A stretch of 64,000 nucleotides of DNA from an uncultured bacterium (GCA_963801165.1 CAWDDT010000006.1:576001-640000), one strand, 5' to 3'. Counted from the stretch's first letter, positions 8,427-18,117 are shown. Program-made: numbers and translations. Notes: generated from the sequence alone by a model not told the origin.

Positions 8427-9727
8427 CCATGGACATACGAACCATCACCCTCGCCGACGTCGATCCCGCCGAGAAACGGGCGTTGCTGCAACGCTCTGCG
8501 GTGCCCGACCCGGAGCTGCGCATCGCGGCAGCGGCCATAGTGAAACGCATCCGGACCGGTGGCGATGAGGCGCTCCGCACCGCCAACGCCGCATACGGAG
8601 GCGGGGCGATCGATGGCACCCTGCGGGTCGACGAGACAACCCTCGCCAGAGCGCTGGTGACCGTTGATCCGGCGGTGCGGATCGCTCTAGAGAAGGCCGC
8701 GACCAACATCCGCACGGCCCACGCCCCGCAGCGACCTGTCGACGGAACCGTGGAGACGGTTCCCGGGGTCCGCATCGACCGACGCTGGACGCCGTTGCGC
8801 CGCATCGGCGTATACGTCCCGGGGGGTCGCGCCGCCTACCCGTCGAGCCTGCTCATGGGCGTCATCCCCGCTCAGGTGGCGGGAGTCCCGGAGATCGCCG
8901 TGACCAGCCCCGCGGATGACAACGGCCAGGTGTCGCAAACGATGCTGGCCGCCGCCCGATTCCTCGGGGTCGACGAGGTATACATCACCGGAGGTGCCCA
9001 GGCGATCGGGGCACTCGCCTACGGCACAGAGACCATCCGCCCGGTCGAGAAGATCGTAGGGCCGGGAAACGCCTGGGTAACGGCCGCCAAGCTCGCCGTG
9101 TACGGCGATGTCGGGGTCGACCTGCCCGCCGGCCCCAGCGAGGCCCTCGTGGTGGCCGACGCCACGGCCGACCCGCGGATCATCGCCGCCGACCTGATGT
9201 GCCAGGCCGAGCATGGTAGGGACTCGCCGGTCGCCCTCGTTACCGACGATGCCGACTTCGCAGCTGCGGTTCTCCAACAGATCGAGGAGCTACTCCCCCG
9301 CCTCGAGCGCAGCGAGATCATCGAGAGCGCACTCGGAGACCATGGGCTCATCGTCATCGTGGACTCCATCGACGAAGCCATCGATTTTGCCAACGAATAT
9401 GCCCCCGAGCACCTCACCGTCCACACGGAGGACTCGGAGAAGGACGCCCTGCGGACCACCGCAGCCGGGTCGGTGTTCGTCGGCCACTGGGCGCCCGAGT
9501 CGGCCGGCGACTACGCCACCGGCGCCAACCACGTGCTCCCCACCGGCGGTCTGGCAGCCGCGTACGGCCCGCTCAGTGTCGAGGATTGCGGCTCGTGGCG
9601 TCAGGTGCAGACCCTGACCGAAGCCGGTCTCGCCGCCCTGCGCCCCACCATCGCCGCCCTGGCCGATGCCGAGGGGCTCACTGCCCACAAGCTCGCCGCC
9701 GAGATTCGATTCGAGGCACCGCGATGA
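8423..9727 (+). CDS. hisD: Histidinol dehydrogenase
   Basis: GVYVPGG, GGAQAIGALAYGT, KIVGPGNAWV..AK, PAGPSE, QAEH, YAPEHL, GDYATGANHVLPT; ATG 8423 overlaps the true hisG stop (ATGA). Confidence 0.95.
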   Translation: MTMDIRTITLADVDPAEKRALLQRSAVPDPELRIAAAAIVKRIRTGGDEALRTANAAYGGGAIDGTLRVDETTLARALVTVDPAVRIALEKAATNIRTAHAPQRPVDGTVETVPGVRIDRRWTPLRRIGVYVPGGRAAYPSSLLMGVIPAQVAGVPEIAVTSPADDNGQVSQTMLAAARFLGVDEVYITGGAQAIGALAYGTETIRPVEKIVGPGNAWVTAAKLAVYGDVGVDLPAGPSEALVVADATADPRIIAADLMCQAEHGRDSPVALVTDDADFAAAVLQQIEELLPRLERSEIIESALGDHGLIVIVDSIDEAIDFANEYAPEHLTVHTEDSEKDALRTTAAGSVFVGHWAPESAGDYATGANHVLPTGGLAAAYGPLSVEDCGSWRQVQTLTEAGLAALRPTIAALADAEGLTAHKLAAEIRFEAPR

Positions 9728-10776
9728 GAGCTCCGAAGTACAAATGGCAGCCGACCACCGCCGAGATCGCCGCCGCCACCGGGCTTCTCCCCGAGGACGT
9801 CGAACGCTTCGACCACAACACCTCCCCGTTCCGCACCGGGTGGGCGGCCGAGGTCGCAGCTACCGCCCTGGCCGATGTCAATGAGTACCCGGGGGCGAGC
9901 TACCGGCCGCTGCGGGAAGCCGCCGCCAAGCTGTGCGGTCTCCAACCCGAGCAGATCGTTCCCGGCGCCGGTGCCGACGAGATGATCCTGCTCAGCGCCC
10001 GCGCCTTCCTCGAGCTCGGTGACACCGCGATAGCGTCCACTCCTACCTACCCGCTGTACGAGATAGCGACCGTCCAGGCAGGGGGGGTGTTCCAGCCGGT
10101 GCCTACCGATCCGCCAAGCTTCAACTACCCGGCAGATGCAGTGATCAGGGCGGCACGGGACGCCGACCTGACATGGATCTGCGCTCCCAGCAACCCCATC
10201 GGCAACGCCGTGGATGATGACGTCGTCGAAGCGGTCATCGCCGCCACAGACGGGCTGGTGGTCATCGATGCCGCTTATGCCGAGTTCGCCGACACCGATT
10301 GGTCGAGCCTGGTCGACCGGCACCACAACGCCGTGGTCCTCCGCACCATGTCGAAGGCGTTCGGCCTTGCCGGCACCCGCGTCGGCTATGCCATGGCTCA
10401 CCCCGACTTGATCACTGAAATCGATGGCATCCGGCCGCCCGGCAGCATCTCGTCGATCTCTGCTGCGATCGCGATTGCAGCGCTGCAGCGGCCGGATGCA
10501 ATGGAGAACACGGTGCGGCAGATCCAGGCGTTGCGGACCGAGCTCAGCGACTCGCTCGCCGGTCTCGGGTTCCGGGTGCTGCCGTCTCAGACCAACTTCG
10601 TGCTGTGCGAGGTGGGGCGCAACGCCCACGAGTTGGCCGGGCAGCTCATGGGCGAGGGGCTGGTAGTCCGCAAATTTCCTGCCGATGGCCCGCTCGCCGG
10701 GTACCTGCGGTTCACCGTCCGCTCTGCCGCCGCCCAGACCCGTTTGATCACGACCATGGAGAGGTACCTGCCATGA
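9724..10776 (+). CDS. hisC: Histidinol-phosphate aminotransferase
   Basis: GAGADE, PSNP.G, DAAYAEF, LRTMSKAFGLAGTRVGY PLP lysine motif; ATGA overlap with hisD. Confidence 0.93.
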   Translation: MRAPKYKWQPTTAEIAAATGLLPEDVERFDHNTSPFRTGWAAEVAATALADVNEYPGASYRPLREAAAKLCGLQPEQIVPGAGADEMILLSARAFLELGDTAIASTPTYPLYEIATVQAGGVFQPVPTDPPSFNYPADAVIRAARDADLTWICAPSNPIGNAVDDDVVEAVIAATDGLVVIDAAYAEFADTDWSSLVDRHHNAVVLRTMSKAFGLAGTRVGYAMAHPDLITEIDGIRPPGSISSISAAIAIAALQRPDAMENTVRQIQALRTELSDSLAGLGFRVLPSQTNFVLCEVGRNAHELAGQLMGEGLVVRKFPADGPLAGYLRFTVRSAAAQTRLITTMERYLP

Positions 10777-11357
10777 CCAGAACCGCGTCTCTCGAACGCA
10801 AGACCCGCGAGACCGACGTCCGTGTCACCATCGACCTCGACGGGACCGGGGAGGTCTCGGTGCGCACGGGTGTCGGTTTCTACGACCACATGCTCACGGC
10901 CTTCGGCTGCCACGGCCTGTTCGACCTCTCCGTCGAGACCGAGGGTGATCTCGAGGTAGACGAGCACCACACCGTCGAGGACACCGCACTCGTCCTCGGA
11001 TCGGCGATCGCCGAGGCACTGGGTGACCGGACCGGTATCCGCCGCTACGGGTCGGCCACGATCCCCATGGACGAGGCGGTTGCCACCGCGGTCGTCGACA
11101 TCGGGGGCAGACCCTATGCGGTTGTCGATCTGCCGTTCGCCACCGAGCGAATGGGGACGCTGGGTACGCAGATGGTTCCCCACGCCCTCGAGGCGTTTGC
11201 CAGGACATCGGGGTGCACGCTCCACGTCACTGCAACGGGCAACAACGACCACCACATCGCAGAAGCCGCCTTCAAGGCGCTCGCCTATGCCGTTCGAGCC
11301 GCGGTCGAGATCGACCCGCGCCGCCGCGGTCTCGCCTCGACCAAGGGATCGACGTGA
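10773..11357 (+). CDS. hisB: Imidazoleglycerol-phosphate dehydratase
   Basis: RKTRETD, GFYDHML, DEHHTVED, PMDEA, NDHHIAEAAFKA, STKG. Confidence 0.96.
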   Translation: MTRTASLERKTRETDVRVTIDLDGTGEVSVRTGVGFYDHMLTAFGCHGLFDLSVETEGDLEVDEHHTVEDTALVLGSAIAEALGDRTGIRRYGSATIPMDEAVATAVVDIGGRPYAVVDLPFATERMGTLGTQMVPHALEAFARTSGCTLHVTATGNNDHHIAEAAFKALAYAVRAAVEIDPRRRGLASTKGST

Positions 11358-11968
11358 CCCGGGTGGTGGTGATCGACCACGGTGCGGGCAACCTGGTGTC
11401 GATCGCCCAGGGGCTGAGCCGGGCGGGGGCAGAAGTCGATGTCGTAGACAACCCCAATGACATCGGAGACGCCGCCGGGATCGTGCTCCCCGGCGTCGGC
11501 ACCACCGGAGCTGCCATGGGCCGCTTGCTGGCGGCTGACCTCGTCAAGCCACTTCGGGAGTGGGGCAGACCGCTGCTCGGCATCTGTGTCGGGCTGCAGT
11601 TGTTCTTCGACCACTCCGAAGAGGACGGTACCGATGCGCTCGGCCTCATTCCGGGCCGGGTCAAGCTGCTAGAGGGGGCACCGCTGCTGCCCCACATCGG
11701 ATGGAACGACGTCTCGTTTGTCGACGACCCACTCTTCGCCGGGGTCGCTCCTGGATCGACGTTCTACTTCGTCCACTCCTTCGCCGGCGTACCCGACGAC
11801 GAGGGTGTCGTGATCGCCCGTACCGAGTACGGCAAGCCGTTCGTTGCCGCCGCCCGCACCGGGAACCGGGTCGGAGTGCAGTTCCACCCCGAGCGGTCGG
11901 GCGCCGCCGGGCTGCGGATGCTGGCCAACTTCGTCGCCGAGTGCGGGGAGGCACGACGTGCTGCGTAG
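11354..11968 (+). CDS. hisH: IGP synthase glutaminase subunit
   Basis: [40 protein letters not shown]. Confidence 0.96.
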   Translation: MTRVVVIDHGAGNLVSIAQGLSRAGAEVDVVDNPNDIGDAAGIVLPGVGTTGAAMGRLLAADLVKPLREWGRPLLGICVGLQLFFDHSEEDGTDALGLIPGRVKLLEGAPLLPHIGWNDVSFVDDPLFAGVAPGSTFYFVHSFAGVPDDEGVVIARTEYGKPFVAAARTGNRVGVQFHPERSGAAGLRMLANFVAECGEARRAA

Positions 11969-12722
11969 ACGGGTGATCCCGTGTCTCGATGTGACCAACG
12001 GCCGCGTGGTCAAAGGCGTCAACTTCGTGAACCTGACCGACGAAGGCGACCCGGTCGAACTGGCCGAGCGCTACGTCCGGGAGGGCGCCGACGAGATCTG
12101 CTTTCTCGACATCACCGCGTCGAGCGATAACAGGGACACGATGCTCGACGTGGTTCGTCGCACTGCCGAGCACGTCTTCGTCCCGCTCACCGTCGGTGGC
12201 GGGGTCAGGAGCGCGGCCGACATGAGAGCCGCGTTGCGGGCCGGGGCGGACAAGGTCTCCGTAAACACAGCAGCGGTGCTCGATCCGGATCTCATCAACC
12301 AGTGTGCCGCCGCGTTCGGCTCGCAATGCGTCGTACTCGCCGTCGACGCCAAGCAGGTCGGTGAGGGCGCATGGGAGGTGTACATCCATGGTGGGCGCAC
12401 CCCGACCGGCAAGGACGCCGTCGCCTGGATCATTGATGCGGTCGCCCGCGGCGCGGGTGAGGTACTGCTCACATCGATGGACCGCGACGGGACGAAGGAC
12501 GGGTACGACCTCGAGCTACTCGAGGCCGTGCGGGCCGCGGTCTCGGTGCCCGTCATCGCCTCGGGTGGCGCAGGGACGATCGACCACTGTGTCGCCGCCC
12601 TCCAGCCGGGCCGCGCCGATGCGGTGCTGGCGGCGTCGATCTTCCATCGCAAGGAGATCGAGATCGAGGACCTCAAGGAGGGCCTGGCTGCGGCGGGGAT
12701 CCCGGCGAGGACCAAACGATGA
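11958..12722 (+). CDS. hisF: IGP synthase cyclase subunit
   Basis: [60 protein letters not shown]. Confidence 0.96.
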   Translation: MLRRRVIPCLDVTNGRVVKGVNFVNLTDEGDPVELAERYVREGADEICFLDITASSDNRDTMLDVVRRTAEHVFVPLTVGGGVRSAADMRAALRAGADKVSVNTAAVLDPDLINQCAAAFGSQCVVLAVDAKQVGEGAWEVYIHGGRTPTGKDAVAWIIDAVARGAGEVLLTSMDRDGTKDGYDLELLEAVRAAVSVPVIASGGAGTIDHCVAALQPGRADAVLAASIFHRKEIEIEDLKEGLAAAGIPARTKR

Positions 12723-13345
12723 GGCCGCTCCGCTCCCCAAGCCCTCTGCACTTCGACAGAGACGGTCTCATCGTCGGGGTGGTGCAGGATGCCAGCACGG
12801 GTGCGGTGCTCATGGTCGGCTACCTCAATGAGGAAAGCCTCCGGCTCACCAAAGAGACGGGGAGGGTCTGGTTTTGGAGCCGTTCCCGTAGCGAGCTGTG
12901 GGAGAAGGGAGCCACAAGCGGCAACTATCTGAACATGGTCTCGATCCACGAGGACTGTGACGGGGATGCCCTTCTCATCGAGGCAATCCCCGCAGGCCCC
13001 ACCTGTCACACCGGAGCTACGAGCTGCTTCAGCGCCGGGCCGCCCGGCCAGGGCTTCGTGCAGCTCGAAAAACTGTGGGCGACCATCACAGATCGTATCG
13101 CCAATCCGACCCCGGAGTCCTACACCGCCCGGTTGGCCGAGGCCGGCACCGACCTCACCGGCAGAAAGCTGGTCGAGGAAGCCACCGAGACGTTGATCGC
13201 CGCCAAGAACCACGCCAGCGGCGACACTGAGGTACGGGTGATCGAGGAGGCAGCCGACGTCGTCTATCACCTACTGGCGCTGCTGGCGGAACGGAATATC
13301 CCCGCATCGGCCGTGGTTGCCGAGTTGGCAAGCCGAGCCAAGTAG
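12719..13345 (+). CDS. hisIE: Bifunctional PR-AMP cyclohydrolase / PR-ATP pyrophosphatase
   Basis: [34 protein letters not shown], then SYT..L...[16 protein letters not shown]. Confidence 0.94.
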   Translation: MRPLRSPSPLHFDRDGLIVGVVQDASTGAVLMVGYLNEESLRLTKETGRVWFWSRSRSELWEKGATSGNYLNMVSIHEDCDGDALLIEAIPAGPTCHTGATSCFSAGPPGQGFVQLEKLWATITDRIANPTPESYTARLAEAGTDLTGRKLVEEATETLIAAKNHASGDTEVRVIEEAADVVYHLLALLAERNIPASAVVAELASRAK

Positions 13346-13367
13346 CCGGGACGATCCTCACATCACC

Positions 13368-13850
13368 ATGCGCCGCATCATCCCCATCGCCGCCGTGATG
13401 CTGCTCGCCGCCGCTTGCAGCAGCCAGCACACTGACCCGGCCGACATCCCCGATCTCCCCGCAGTCACGACCGAAGAGCTGCAGCAGGTCCTCTCCGACT
13501 CGACACAGCCGACGGTGGTCAACGTGTGGGCGTCGTGGTGTATCCCCTGCCGATCCGAGGCGCCACTGCTCGAACAGGCGGCACGCACTGCCACGGACGT
13601 CCGTTTCATCGGGCTCAACGTCCAGGACGACCAGGACGGTGCCAGGGGTTTCATCGCACAGTTCTTCCCCGATGCAGCTATCGATCACCTCTTCGACCCG
13701 GCGGGTGAGATCCCCGTGAGCCTTGGTGGTACCCGCGGCGTCCCGATGACGTTCTTCTACGCACCGGGCGGTCAGCTGGTCGACTTGCATGCCGGCGTAA
13801 TCGACGAGCGCACCCTCGCCCTCCAGATCGACGAGATCCGCTCTCGCTGA
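13368..13850 (+). CDS. TlpA/ResA-like thioredoxin lipoprotein (Cys form)
   Basis: Lipobox LAAAC; VVNVWASWCIPCRSEAP; GVPMTFF. Confidence 0.88.
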   Translation: MRRIIPIAAVMLLAAACSSQHTDPADIPDLPAVTTEELQQVLSDSTQPTVVNVWASWCIPCRSEAPLLEQAARTATDVRFIGLNVQDDQDGARGFIAQFFPDAAIDHLFDPAGEIPVSLGGTRGVPMTFFYAPGGQLVDLHAGVIDERTLALQIDEIRSR

Positions 13851-14554
13851 TGGAGTTCACCCTGCTCGCCGCAGTGCTCATCGGGGTTCTCCCCGTCTAC
13901 CTCGTGCTCCGCTGGGATGGGCATCGCTGCGGCACCGGTGTCCGTGATCTCTGGGACATTGCGTTGAGTGCTGCGGTGATCGGGCTGTTCGTGGGGAGAT
14001 TGGCGGCGATGATCTCGGCAGGCGTCAGCCCGATCGCTCACCCCGCCGACATACTCATAGTGCGCGGTGGGGTCGCCACTGGCCCGGCCACCACTGCCGC
14101 CCTGGCGGCGGTCGTCTGGATGGGAAGACGGGACCTGTGGTCGGTGCTCGACGGTCTCGCCCCGGCCGCCGTCGCCGGGCTGGGAGGCTGGCATGCGGGA
14201 TGCCTCGCCCGCGGCGCCTGCCTGGGCACACCGAGCGATCTGCCCTGGGCCGTCGCCCAGGGTGGAAGCGCCATCACCAGACATCCCGTGGAGATCTATG
14301 CCGCGCTGGCTCTGATCGCGGCCGCCGTGACGCTCGTGCTGGTGCGCCCACGTCTCGAGGCTCGACCGGGATCTGCCACAGGTATCGCGCTGTTCGTCGC
14401 CGCCGCCGTCCGGCTGGCCACCGAGCCGATGCGGCCGGCGCTCGGCTCCGGACCGGTGGGCTGGTATTCGGTGGGTGTGCTCGCCGGGGCGAGTCTGGTC
14501 CTGTGGGCGCTCCGACCTGGCCGCAAGCCGGCGCCTGATCCGGACACGGGATAG
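13850..14554 (+). CDS. Prolipoprotein diacylglyceryl transferase (Lgt)-like membrane protein
   Basis: GLFVGRL, LDGLAP, GCL.RG.C.G.PSDLPWAV, RHPVEIY, RLATE motifs; coupled to the TlpA gene. Confidence 0.7.
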   Translation: MEFTLLAAVLIGVLPVYLVLRWDGHRCGTGVRDLWDIALSAAVIGLFVGRLAAMISAGVSPIAHPADILIVRGGVATGPATTAALAAVVWMGRRDLWSVLDGLAPAAVAGLGGWHAGCLARGACLGTPSDLPWAVAQGGSAITRHPVEIYAALALIAAAVTLVLVRPRLEARPGSATGIALFVAAAVRLATEPMRPALGSGPVGWYSVGVLAGASLVLWALRPGRKPAPDPDTG

Positions 14555-14644
14555 CTCGGCGGACCAAACCTCGGGCCGGTATCTTCTACGAGGTCGCATC
14601 GTGCGACAACGGCTCAGCAGGAGCCGCGACCAAAGGAGCTGCCG

Positions 14645-15424
14645 TTGTCCGATCATCTCACTGTTCGCATCCCGAAACGCACCTTGCAGGCAGGACTCAT
14701 CATCGCGATCGTCGTTGCGGTCATGGCACCAATCGCGGCTCACGCCATGGGTGGAAAGTTCACCGATGACGACACGTCGATCTTCGAATCCAATATCGAA
14801 TGGCTCGCCGGCGCCGGCGTGACCTTGGGCTGCAACCCGCCCACCAACGACCAATTCTGCCCGAACGACAACGTGAGCCGCGGCCAGATGGCGGCGTTCA
14901 TGCAGCGCTTCGCGCAATATCTCGGCGCCGAGGACGGCCAGGTCTCGAAGGCCGACGACGCCGAGACGCTCGATGGGCTCGCCCCGAGTGCATTCCTGCG
15001 CAACGACGTCATTGAGATCGCACAGGCGAGCGGATGGGTACCGAACGCAGGAACCGGCACCAGCGTAGAGTACAACGTCACTGCGGATGTACTCGGTGGC
15101 GGCGGAAACCAACTCGGGCTGATCACGCCGACCACCGTAGGGATCGACACGTACTATCTCGATAGTGTCGAGGTCTGCTACGGCGGAGCGTTCTCAGGCG
15201 GAACGATCACAGCGTCACGGGTGTACAGGTCAACGCCCTCCGGCAGCAGTGGTGCCATCGTGGACGACAACACGTCCCGGACAACGGTCTTCCCCGCAAC
15301 CGAGTGCTACCAGCTCAGTGTCGCAGATTCAACCGCGCCTTCCGGCTCCACGTACCACCTCTTCCTCAACGTCACCGGGGATGTCAACGTCGCGAGTGTC
15401 ACGAGCAGCTACCGAACACATTGA
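14645..15424 (+). CDS. Secreted single-SLH-domain surface protein 1
   Basis: Signal peptide; FTDD...IEWL..AGVTLGCNPP..D.FCP.DNVSRGQMAAFMQR SLH motif; AETLDG neck; SD AAGGAG 7 nt before TTG. Confidence 0.82.
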   Translation: MSDHLTVRIPKRTLQAGLIIAIVVAVMAPIAAHAMGGKFTDDDTSIFESNIEWLAGAGVTLGCNPPTNDQFCPNDNVSRGQMAAFMQRFAQYLGAEDGQVSKADDAETLDGLAPSAFLRNDVIEIAQASGWVPNAGTGTSVEYNVTADVLGGGGNQLGLITPTTVGIDTYYLDSVEVCYGGAFSGGTITASRVYRSTPSGSSGAIVDDNTSRTTVFPATECYQLSVADSTAPSGSTYHLFLNVTGDVNVASVTSSYRTH

Positions 15425-15632
15425 TGATCGGATGCAGCTGCCAACCCCACCGTTCCCAGAGAAGCGCTCGAGAATCCACTTCCTAGGCCCGGGATACTTC
15501 GGGTAGGTTCGGATACTGCCGGACATCAGAGGGCAGGAATCAAGGTTCGAGCTGGTAGGCCTGGTGGGGTGTATCAGGACGTGCTGAACGCGCTCTCGTA
15601 AACGTCCGCCTGATATGGGAAGGAGACCCATC

Positions 15633-16289
15633 TTGGAACTGAACGCACGTACCGGACGCCGTTGGACCAGACTTGCTCTGGCCTTCGCCGTCCTTCTAGC
15701 CGTTTCGGCACCGGTCGCAGTATTCGCTGCAGGAGGCCATTTCACCGACGACGACACCTCGGTGTTCGAATCTCACATCAATTGGATGGCAGACGCCGGC
15801 ATCACGCTCGGCTGTAACCCTCCCGGTAATGATCATTACTGCCCTGACGACAACGTGACGCGCGGTGAGATGGCGGCGTTCATGCACCGGTTTTCTCAGT
15901 ATCTCGACGCCGAGGACGGCACCCCCGCCCAGGCCGACAACGCCGACACACTCGACGGCCTCGACTCGACCGATCTGCAGCCGATGTGGGCGTTGGTCAA
16001 GGGCTCCGACGGCTCGATCATCGCTCAATCGGGCGGCATCTCGGCGACCCGCGGCTACACGGGTGGTCAGTATGTCGACTTCGGCGCAGACGTAAGCGGC
16101 CACGGGCTCGTGGCAACGATGCAGTGGGGGCACTCCGGCTTCATCTCGACCGCCATTTGTGGTGGCAACACGGACGAGACCGTCAACTGCGTAGTCGGGG
16201 ACAACACCACCGACTGGGTGTTCGTACAAACGCTCGACGAGGCAGGATCAGGAGTCGACGCCGACTACTACATCACCGTGCTCCCGTAG
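15633..16289 (+). CDS. Secreted single-SLH-domain surface protein 2
   Basis: Same SLH motif plus NADTLDG; SD AAGGAG 7 nt before in-frame TTG 15633. Confidence 0.82.
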   Translation: MELNARTGRRWTRLALAFAVLLAVSAPVAVFAAGGHFTDDDTSVFESHINWMADAGITLGCNPPGNDHYCPDDNVTRGEMAAFMHRFSQYLDAEDGTPAQADNADTLDGLDSTDLQPMWALVKGSDGSIIAQSGGISATRGYTGGQYVDFGADVSGHGLVATMQWGHSGFISTAICGGNTDETVNCVVGDNTTDWVFVQTLDEAGSGVDADYYITVLP

Positions 16290-16332
16290 CATCGACTCTC
16301 TGAGTCAACCGACTTCGGCCGATTCAGCCTGA

Positions 16333-16361
16333 GAGGGCGCCGGGCATATCCCGGCGCCCTC
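16333..16361 (+). terminator. GC-rich hairpin after SLH gene 2
   Basis: GAGGGCGCCGGG-CATAT-CCCGGCGCCCTC, 12-bp stem, no U-tract. Confidence 0.6.
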
Positions 16362-16573
16362 GTCGCGTCCGCGTAGCACGCGACGAATTCCGCGCGTGCT
16401 TCTCATCAGCGAAGCGCAAACATGACCCTTGCAGCTGCAGATTCGTGTAGGTTCTGAGGAGCTGGATACGAAGGGCGGGGCCTGAGTTCGGCTGGTAGTC
16501 CCGATGGGTGTATCAGCGCGTCAGTTCGCGCTCTCATCACGTGTATCCGCGCGACATGGGAAGGAGACCCATC

Positions 16574-17419
16574 TTGGACACGCACGCTCGCAAAGGGCTT
16601 CGTTGGACCAGACTGTTGTTGGCCCTCGCCGTCCTCTTCGCCGTTTCGGCGCCAATAGCGGTTTTCGCAGCAGGAGGCCACTTCACCGACGACGACACTT
16701 CTGCATTCGAATCGCACATCAACTGGATGGCGGACGCCGGCATCACGCTCGGCTGCAACCCTCCTGCCAACGACCTTTACTGCCCTGACGACAACGTGAC
16801 CCGTGGCCAGATGGCGGCCTTCATGCACCGGTTCGCGCAGTACCTGGACGCCGAAGATGGCACACCAGCCGAGGCCGACCATGCCGCCGACGCCGACACG
16901 CTTGACGGTGAGTCTGCCACCTACTACACCAATCCCGCCTGGGGCGTGGCCTGCGACGCAGGATCCTGCTCCGATCTGGCCATGAATACGCCCCTCCAGA
17001 TGCTGGAGATTCCCGTGACGGCACCGATGGATGGGTACGTAACCGTGGCATCCAACTACTCGGGGACTTCTGCGTCGGCCACTGCGGCGTATTTCCAGAT
17101 CTGGGCCGAGGTGGACACCAGCCCCGGCTGCACCAGCTGGTTCCTTGTACCCGGCGAATCGGTACCCGGCACTTGGGGCGTCGGGAGCATTGCCGCCGAT
17201 ATCGATTTCGGCAACCTGGCGACAACCGTGGTGACCGCGGTTGGTGCGGGCGATCACACACTGCGCCTTTGTGCGATCGCTACCCAGGCGGTCACCTCAT
17301 ACCAGGGTTCGCTTGCCATTACCTTCAGCGCCGGCGGATCAGCTACGCCCGCTGCATCTCTTGATGCCGCGGACTACTCGTACCTGGAGGATGCCTTCGC
17401 TGTGGAATCGAGCAACTAG
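16574..17419 (+). CDS. Secreted single-SLH-domain surface protein 3
   Basis: Same SLH motif plus DADTLDG; SD AAGGAG 7 nt before in-frame TTG 16574; N-terminal part is close to gene 2 at DNA level. Confidence 0.82.
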   Translation: MDTHARKGLRWTRLLLALAVLFAVSAPIAVFAAGGHFTDDDTSAFESHINWMADAGITLGCNPPANDLYCPDDNVTRGQMAAFMHRFAQYLDAEDGTPAEADHAADADTLDGESATYYTNPAWGVACDAGSCSDLAMNTPLQMLEIPVTAPMDGYVTVASNYSGTSASATAAYFQIWAEVDTSPGCTSWFLVPGESVPGTWGVGSIAADIDFGNLATTVVTAVGAGDHTLRLCAIATQAVTSYQGSLAITFSAGGSATPAASLDAADYSYLEDAFAVESSN

Positions 17420-17447
17420 CTCAACCGGCCCGTGCTTGTAGTGAATG

Positions 17448-17473
17448 GTTGAGGGGCCGCCAGGCCCCTCAAC
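17448..17473. terminator. Hairpin between convergent genes
   Basis: GTTGAGGGGCC-GCCA-GGCCCCTCAAC, 11-bp stem. Confidence 0.6.
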
Positions 17474-18041
17474 TCTGTGCAAGGAATTCCAACCTACTCC
17501 GGAGCTCGGGCGCGTCCAGCGCGCCGTACCAGCTGTCGACGACGACACCATCCTTGATCAGAACGGTGGCTGGCTGGCCCGGGATGCCGTAGAGCTGCCA
17601 GATCGAGTCGTCGAGACCCCAACGCAGGTTGTCCGAGAACAGGTGCGCCGCCTCGTCAGCCGTCGACTGATAGTCGGAACGACCGGCCACGGCGAGGAAG
17701 GTGATGCTGTCCTGGTAATCCGACGCAACTGCGTCGACGACGGGAAGTTCCGCCTGACAGACCGGTCACCACTCCGCCCAGAACACCATGTAGATGGGTT
17801 TCTGGGCTTCCGAGAGGACGAAGGTCGACCCATCGCTGAGCTCCAGCTCGAAGTCCGGGGCAGCCGGCCCGTCGGGTGCCTTGGTCGTGGCCGCGGTCGT
17901 CTCCGGAACTGCCGTGGTGGTCGTTTGGGCGCCAACAACTGTTGTGGTTGCCGCACCGTCTGCGGACAGGGTCGCATTCTCGGCACCGCCACAGGCGCCA
18001 AGCAACAGCACGAGGACACAGGCCAACAGGATCTTCCGCAT
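17469..18041 (-). CDS. Selenocysteine-containing TlpA/redoxin-family lipoprotein (UxxC), 190 aa
   Basis: ORFs 17766-18041 and 17469-17690 are one frame separated only by TGA: lipobox LLGAC, Thr-rich linker, APDFELEL, VFWAEW-TGA-PVCQAELP, GIPGQPATVLI. Confidence 0.85.
17720..17737 (-). promoter_or_regulatory. Putative bacterial SECIS hairpin
   Basis: mRNA UCGACGC-AGUU-GCGUCGG; loop begins 36 nt after the UGA and has GU at loop positions 2-3. Confidence 0.6.
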
Positions 18042-18117
18042 CCCCCGACAGTAAACGCGCCGCCCCGTCGCCGGGATCGTTCCCGCCGGTGTTCACGGGA
18101 CTTTCACAATCGAGCCG

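Noticed and set aside
7574-9727. 717-aa natural HisG-HisD fusion
   Set aside because: The true HisG C-terminus and stop are present in the +1 frame with a normal ATGA overlap to hisD, so a single indel explains it.
14645-17419. Diversity-generating retroelement targets
   Set aside because: No reverse transcriptase and no template/variable repeat pair with adenine-specific differences; the heads are wholly different.
17469-18041. Nonsense pseudogene or two separate small genes
   Set aside because: The only interruption is a TGA at the catalytic Cys codon, followed by a SECIS-like hairpin; Sec recoding is the simpler explanation, pending a check for sel genes.
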